From positions 1-39,670 of the forward strand of contig VFLE01000046.1 in assembly GCA_009885205.1 (NCBI GenBank): 39,670 nt of DNA. Direction: 5' to 3'. The position numbers and the translations under genes were made by a program. This document shows positions 34,187 through 39,670 of this stretch, one piece after another. A model generated the notes under the pieces. That model searched no databases and was not told the DNA's origin. It saw only the letters and a list, made by a program, of their open reading frames with translations. How positions within the stretch are numbered: the first letter of the stretch is position 1; every line of letters begins with the position of its first letter. Source of the DNA: Candidatus Shapirobacteria bacterium. Its GTDB lineage: Bacteria; Patescibacteriota; Microgenomatia; UBA12405.

Positions 34187-35365
34187 TTAATTGTTAAATT
34201 TTTTTGTTTGTATTCTTAATTTAGAAGAATCAAAACCACTGATAGATTTAACTCTTAATCCATTTATAAAAACCTCTCCAGATGTTTGTCTAGGTTGACT
34301 TAAACTTGGATTTTTAGAGTTAGCTACTACTTCTTTTACCGCATCAGCTCTACCTTGTTCATAAAAGTGTTGTGCAATTTTATCAGAATTCATAGCAGTG
34401 TAAAGAGCCTTATGATAACTTTTAGCGTCACTAATATCTCCATTTTTATCAAGGAACTTCCCTATGAAATTATTAATGTCTGATTGTTTATCAGAAACTT
34501 GATCGACGTTTTGGATGCCATATCTAAATCTTTTTTCTCCGACATTGTATTCAAAACCTTTGAATTCTTCGTTAAATAGATTTTTTGTGACTTGTTTAAA
34601 TCGATCGTGTCTATTTTTAGACTCATCTTCATTCTTCTTGTATCGGTTAAAAAACTCAGAAGCCTCTTGTTGTTCTCGAGTTACGCCAGGTCTCAACTTG
34701 ATCTCTTCGTAATATTTACTCTTTACTAACTCTAGGTGATTCTTTGCTTTCGCAACCTCTTCTTTATAAGCAAGTTTCTTCTTACGAATATCTCGCTCTT
34801 CTTCTAAATCCTCATCAAAGAAAAAAGTATCTTCCATAAGGAATTGTATTTCTTCTAAATCTAAATGAGGTTTTGTTGATTTATAATATTCTCTTATTAA
34901 AACATCTTCGTTTACAGTTGAATAGTCAGTATTTAATCTAACATAATCTTCAACAGTTCCACCAGTTTCTTCCATAAAAGTAACTAGTTTTTCAATGTTT
35001 TCTGGTAAAGGTTTACCTGTGTTTATTTGTTCTTGAATACTCTCTTTAAGTTCTTCCTTAATTTCAACTATTTCTTCGCTAGTGATTTCTTCAATAACAT
35101 TTTCAAAGGTCCCTTGGTCTCCTTGCTCCATTTCTTGCAATCCCACTTTGGATTGTTCTGTGCGTAACACGCTTTCATCTGTGCTTTGGATTTGAATGGC
35201 ATCTGGATCTGGGTTAGTTGTTGGTATTGTTACTTTAGTAATATCTTGTTCTATTACTGGTTTAGAAATATCTACTTTAAAGACATTGTCTTCTTTATTT
35301 AGATTTCTAGGTTTTTTTGGTTTTGGCATTTTAAATTCGCCTTCTTGTACTAAAATTTCTGACAT
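34187..35365 (-). CDS. scaffolding protein (putative)
   Basis: Lies between the portal and capsid genes. The protein is strongly acidic, E/K-rich and looks helical. Confidence 0.6.
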   Translation of the reverse strand: MSEILVQEGEFKMPKPKKPRNLNKEDNVFKVDISKPVIEQDITKVTIPTTNPDPDAIQIQSTDESVLRTEQSKVGLQEMEQGDQGTFENVIEEITSEEIVEIKEELKESIQEQINTGKPLPENIEKLVTFMEETGGTVEDYVRLNTDYSTVNEDVLIREYYKSTKPHLDLEEIQFLMEDTFFFDEDLEEERDIRKKKLAYKEEVAKAKNHLELVKSKYYEEIKLRPGVTREQQEASEFFNRYKKNEDESKNRHDRFKQVTKNLFNEEFKGFEYNVGEKRFRYGIQNVDQVSDKQSDINNFIGKFLDKNGDISDAKSYHKALYTAMNSDKIAQHFYEQGRADAVKEVVANSKNPSLSQPRQTSGEVFINGLRVKSISGFDSSKLRIQTKKFNN

Positions 35366-35387
35366 AATATAATATAATTAAATAGTT
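35366..35387 (-). promoter_or_regulatory. conserved 22-nt element abutting the start codon (copy 2)
   Basis: The plus-strand sequence aatataatataattaaatagtt is the partner of 32628-32649. Confidence 0.35.
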
Positions 35388-35395
35388 AACTTTTT

Positions 35396-37789
35396 TTAAA
35401 AACCTAAATCCTCAAAATCTTCAATCTGATTTGTTTCGAATTTCATAGGTAATGCATTATTTTTTCTTTGATTTATAAGTTCTGACTGTTGAGATGCTTG
35501 AATCTTTGTTCTCTCGTCTTTCCTATCTTCTGCTGTTTGTAATTTGTTAGTTTCAGAACCAACTTTTAGTTGTGCTAATTGCATGTTGTATTGAAACTCA
35601 ATCTCCATTAATTGTTGTTTCATTTGAGTCTCCATTTGCATTCTTTCAACTTCAAACTGAGACTTAGATCTTTCTATATTAACAGTTTCTTGCGTTAATG
35701 CTTGTTGTTTTTGAACTTCAAATAAAGCAGCTTGTTGAGCGGTTTCTTGATTTGCTTTTGCTTGTGCTTGTATATTAGCCATTTGAGCAGCTTGCATTGC
35801 TTTTTGCTTCTTAGTTTTTCTAAACTTAAGAACTTGATTTGCCATTTTTAGATTTTTAATCTGTCTAATGTCTATGGCATCGTCCAAATCTATACCTTGA
35901 CTCTGTAAAGCAACTTGTATATTTTGTTCTAACATTGCTTTCTCTTCTTCGTCTGGTTCTAACTCTAAGTATATACCAAAGTCATGAAGATTAAGATTTT
36001 TTATTTCTCTTAACGTTGAAACATTATAAGTAGTTATACTTTGTTCTAACACGTGTGCGGTTAAAGGAAAGTCTAAACAATCAGCTATTCTCAATGATAT
36101 GTTCTCACATGTTTTAAGAGTTAAATATAGACTAGATTGTAGTATGTGTTTAGTAGCAGTATTTGATGCATTAGCAGCCATTTTCTGTAATCCTACTAAA
36201 GTATCTTTATCTACCATACTTCCGTCTCTAGCTTCATTAAGTCCAGTGACATCCCTTATCATTTGTAAATAGTATTGATATGTTTGAATCAATGACGCTA
36301 ATTTGGCTTGACCAGATGAACTAGTAAGTTCTTGGATTGGTATTTTAGCAGCATTCATTCCACCTTCTTGTGTTAAAGATCTACCTACTATACTACCAGT
36401 TTGAAAATACATATTTAATGCTTCTGCTGGATTATAGTTTGTTCCATTACCTAAATCAACATCAGCAAAACCATCTACGTCAACAAATACACCATCAGGT
36501 ATCATCCTAGACATAACTTGTTGTATTTTAAGATGTGTTAGTTGAATCATATCAGCAAAACCAGTTATCTTGTTAACTGTAGAATCAATTTTACCTTTAT
36601 ACATTCTAGGTGCTGCTATAGAATAGTTCATTTGAACTTTTGTAGTATCAGCAAAAGGACGAGTCATGTGTTCTGACATCTTCCATTCAAGCATTGTATT
36701 AGTACCTAGTATTTTAGCACCTGTATATAATGCTTCTATAGTTCTAGATATTCTATTAAAATTATCATTTTCTGGTGGATCAAATTCATCAGTTTTCTGA
36801 ATTGCTTTTTCTAATCCATTTTCATTGTATTTTATTTTAAATACTTGATTCATATATGTCTTATATTCAAAATATAAAACTTGCACGGTATTTTCATCGT
36901 AATTACCCCAACCTGTAATGTATTGATTATTACCTGGCATGTTCTGAATTTTCAACAACTCTTCTTCTGTTATATTTGGGAATTGTTTTTTTAATTCAGA
37001 TATTGTAACTGCTCTTATTTCTCCTACGTAATATATATCATCAAAGTTTGGATCTTCTGTATACGAGTAAACTATATATGCTGGGTCAACATAATCTATT
37101 GTTATACCCTCACTTTTATTAAAACTAGTTTTAACGCAGCCTATTCCTAATACGGTTAGATCGTAGTTTAATCTTCTTCTAATTAAATCCCACTTATTAT
37201 TAGCTAATACATTATTTATCGCTTCTTCTTCAGCTACCTCTATAGATTGCTTATAAGTAAGTTGCATGTGTATGTCTAATTCTTCTTTTGTTTCTGGAAG
37301 TTCTTCTTGTGGAAGAGGTGAATTTGAAAAATCCATTCCAGTTAGACTATTTGCTTTATTTATTAAGTCCTTAGAATACATGTCTCTAAGAATTGATTGA
37401 GCATAAGATGTTCTTGCTTGTAATGACTCTGGATCTTGAGCGTATGCTTTTATATCATAAGTCTTTTGTGACATTCCATTTACTACAATATCAACAAACT
37501 TAGATATAACAGGTACTGGTCTCCAATCTAAATTTAGATATGAAATATCTCCATTAGTAGCTAATTCATCTTTGTATTTTTGTACAGATTGTTCTCCTCT
37601 AGCATATAATCTTAATTGATGAAAATTACCCCAATTAGAAGCATATCTATTATTGTTTGCTCTGCTTTTACCAAACCATTCTTGTTCTATAGCTCTAGAT
37701 ACTTGCAATCCATATTCTTCCGATGCTTTCTCTGCATCACTTACAACTTGACTTGGAAATGCACTATTAGTATTTGTATATACACTCAT
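35396..37789 (-). CDS. portal protein (putative), with a long Q/A-rich helical C-terminal extension
   Basis: A 797-aa gene immediately after the terminase and before the scaffold. The last ~145 aa are Q/A/E/K-rich heptad-like sequence. Confidence 0.65.
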   Translation of the reverse strand: MSVYTNTNSAFPSQVVSDAEKASEEYGLQVSRAIEQEWFGKSRANNNRYASNWGNFHQLRLYARGEQSVQKYKDELATNGDISYLNLDWRPVPVISKFVDIVVNGMSQKTYDIKAYAQDPESLQARTSYAQSILRDMYSKDLINKANSLTGMDFSNSPLPQEELPETKEELDIHMQLTYKQSIEVAEEEAINNVLANNKWDLIRRRLNYDLTVLGIGCVKTSFNKSEGITIDYVDPAYIVYSYTEDPNFDDIYYVGEIRAVTISELKKQFPNITEEELLKIQNMPGNNQYITGWGNYDENTVQVLYFEYKTYMNQVFKIKYNENGLEKAIQKTDEFDPPENDNFNRISRTIEALYTGAKILGTNTMLEWKMSEHMTRPFADTTKVQMNYSIAAPRMYKGKIDSTVNKITGFADMIQLTHLKIQQVMSRMIPDGVFVDVDGFADVDLGNGTNYNPAEALNMYFQTGSIVGRSLTQEGGMNAAKIPIQELTSSSGQAKLASLIQTYQYYLQMIRDVTGLNEARDGSMVDKDTLVGLQKMAANASNTATKHILQSSLYLTLKTCENISLRIADCLDFPLTAHVLEQSITTYNVSTLREIKNLNLHDFGIYLELEPDEEEKAMLEQNIQVALQSQGIDLDDAIDIRQIKNLKMANQVLKFRKTKKQKAMQAAQMANIQAQAKANQETAQQAALFEVQKQQALTQETVNIERSKSQFEVERMQMETQMKQQLMEIEFQYNMQLAQLKVGSETNKLQTAEDRKDERTKIQASQQSELINQRKNNALPMKFETNQIEDFEDLGF

Positions 37790-37792
37790 TTA

Positions 37793-39670
37793 TTAATATA
37801 TTTTTGATAAAGAACCGTTATTGTCGTATTTTTTTATTCCTAAATCATAAACTTGTCTAACAACTTTCACAGATGGACTATATCTATGTTTATTGCATGC
37901 CATTATAGCTAATCCAGAACTTATAGAAGCGTCATGATCAGTTCTATTATTTATATTAAATCTAGCCCAATCATTAAGAGTTCTATTAAAATACATATTT
38001 CCATACCCAGTATCTGTTAGTCCTATGTATTCTTCAATATATGATTCTATAGCGGAAGCATGCGCTTGTTTTATATCCTCACTAGAATTAGGTATTCCAC
38101 CAATTTCTCTTTCAGTTATAGATAAGTTATTCCAAACCTTATCAGGTCTATTCATTGAAAAACCTCTATAACCTCTTCTTTTAAAATGATATAATAATCT
38201 AGGTTTATTATTCTCTGCTAGTATTGGCATACCATAAAATATACATGCCATTAAAACTTCTTCGAAAAATATCTCTGCTGTTTGTGGTCTAGCAATATAT
38301 TCTAAAAAGAAAGCATTAGGTGGCGCGTCTTCCATTGAAAACTTAGTTAATCCACTTAATGATCCGTTAGATCCTTTACCATCAACAGTACCAGATATAT
38401 CATACGGGTCACACCCAAATGCTCCAACGTGTTCATTGCCAGGATATTTAAAACCATTCTTTATTACTATATTATTCTGTAATTGTAATGGTGGAACCCA
38501 TGATATTAAAAACCTACCATCTTTATTTGGATAGAATATAACTCTAGTATCTTGTATACCATTCTCCCATTGAAAACTACCTTTTGTTATGACACTAGTA
38601 TTTCTTAAATCTTCATTATAATCTATCTGTTCGTATATCTTAGTTAGATTAAAAAGAGATTGTTTCGCTTCATCTCTAAAAGCGTGTTGTTCTGTTCTTG
38701 GAAACTGACGATAATATTCATTTAAACCATCTTGATCTGATTTAAGACCATCTACTTCATTTTGCCAATGTTCTATAACTCCGTAATCTATTTCATTACC
38801 ATCTACACCTTTTATAGGTTTTATTGGTTTATCAAAAACAGGTACTCCGTACACATCTATAAAACCTTCGTATGACCATTCCATCGGAATGAATAAACTA
38901 TATAATCCAGAACTTGTTTGTCCGTTCCTATTTCTTTTGGAAACATCTGAATTATAGTATAAAGTTTTAAAATTATCTCCACCTTTATCTAAAGCATTAG
39001 AAGTTGAACCCATCATACATTTACCAATAACTCTACTACCTAACCTTAAAGTTGTTTTAGTAACTCGCCAGTTGTTTAATATATTATCTGGTCTTTCCCA
39101 CTTACCACTTTCATCATGCACCAACAGTTTTAATTTTTCACCATCATAACTATTGTCTCCAGTATTCTTCCAGTCAATGGTTGTATCTAGTCCATCTAAT
39201 TCTTCTAGTTTTTCATTAGAATCTAATTTTCTTCTAGTAAGTTTAGATGCTGGTATTCTGTATGCTAGTTCTGTTTTAGGTCTATCCATACCATCTTGGA
39301 TAGGTTTAAAAAAGAAAGGATAATTTATTGATATTGGAACTACTTTATCTGTAAACATTTTTTTAGCATCTGCTCCAGATTTTGATAGTATACCAAATCT
39401 TGAGTCACTTGATATTGTCGCTAAGTTTACTAGTTCGGAAGAAGACATAAAAGAAAATCCAGAACGTCTATTTTTTAAATAACACATTCCATAACATCTA
39501 GGATCTGCTTTACAAGCTTCCCAAAAAATAAAAAACAATCTATTTGATTCTCTAAAATCAGGAGCACCAACATCAATTTTACTCCATTGAAGATACATGT
39601 AATGTGTACCTGTTATATACGTTTGCTTGCCATTATTATAAAAGAATAAACCTTCTTCTCTATATTTGAA
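37793..39670 (-). CDS. terL: terminase large subunit (N-terminus lies beyond the window end)
   Basis: Walker-B-like KLKLLVHDESGKW, followed by a nuclease-like C-terminal half. The frame stays open for the 24 codons upstream of the tracked Met (FKYREEGLFFYNNGKQTYITGTHY-M...) up to position 39670. Confidence 0.75.
   Translation of the reverse strand, partial: FKYREEGLFFYNNGKQTYITGTHYMYLQWSKIDVGAPDFRESNRLFFIFWEACKADPRCYGMCYLKNRRSGFSFMSSSELVNLATISSDSRFGILSKSGADAKKMFTDKVVPISINYPFFFKPIQDGMDRPKTELAYRIPASKLTRRKLDSNEKLEELDGLDTTIDWKNTGDNSYDGEKLKLLVHDESGKWERPDNILNNWRVTKTTLRLGSRVIGKCMMGSTSNALDKGGDNFKTLYYNSDVSKRNRNGQTSSGLYSLFIPMEWSYEGFIDVYGVPVFDKPIKPIKGVDGNEIDYGVIEHWQNEVDGLKSDQDGLNEYYRQFPRTEQHAFRDEAKQSLFNLTKIYEQIDYNEDLRNTSVITKGSFQWENGIQDTRVIFYPNKDGRFLISWVPPLQLQNNIVIKNGFKYPGNEHVGAFGCDPYDISGTVDGKGSNGSLSGLTKFSMEDAPPNAFFLEYIARPQTAEIFFEEVLMACIFYGMPILAENNKPRLLYHFKRRGYRGFSMNRPDKVWNNLSITEREIGGIPNSSEDIKQAHASAIESYIEEYIGLTDTGYGNMYFNRTLNDWARFNINNRTDHDASISSGLAIMACNKHRYSPSVKVVRQVYDLGIKKYDNNGSLSKIY

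Noticed and set aside
21479-37807. Plus-strand ORFs within the virion operon (21479-21724, 21779-21964, 21811-22005, 22817-23134, 25699-26088, 34515-34712, 37616-37807)
   Set aside because: They lie antisense to long, tightly packed minus-strand genes. The sequences are short and compositionally biased, so they are most likely spurious.

Overview
Segment of a low-GC (roughly 30% by eye) tailed-phage genome with podovirus-like gene order. I found no rRNA, tRNA, CRISPR array or recognisable transposon. Two convergent transcription blocks meet at a bidirectional hairpin terminator near 10.07-10.10 kb. The left block (+ strand, 1-10045) holds early and DNA-metabolism genes: an HTH protein fragment, a sigma-70-family factor, an Erf / PD-(D/E)XK exonuclease / mini-SSB recombination module, a GC-rich structured non-coding island ending in an intrinsic terminator, and a T7 gp4-like primase-helicase. 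It continues with a nucleotide-metabolism cluster: a short thymidylate-synthase-family enzyme carrying the cytosine-type Asp, two MazG-like NTP pyrophosphatases, a DUF1064-type nuclease, a 2OG-Fe(II)-oxygenase-like protein and a metallophosphoesterase. Several small ORFs follow. The right block (- strand, 39670 down to 10148) is a virion operon. In transcription order it encodes large terminase (5' end cut by the window), portal, scaffold, major capsid, a 286-aa protein, two divergent copies of a two-gene cassette, two large tail proteins, a GNAT-like protein, an Ala/Gly/Gln-rich membrane-type protein, a 603-aa protein and a 3,395-aa giant protein. Start codons lack Shine-Dalgarno motifs and sit behind AT-rich leaders, which I read as a Bacteroidota-type or similarly SD-poor host (inference only). 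The best leads are the giant terminal virion protein (candidate injected polyvalent/ejectosome protein with a zincin HEXXH), the possible cytosine C5-modification cluster, the structured GC island upstream of the primase-helicase, and the duplicated, compositionally mosaic tail cassette. No DNA polymerase, RNA polymerase or lysis gene is recognisable in this window.
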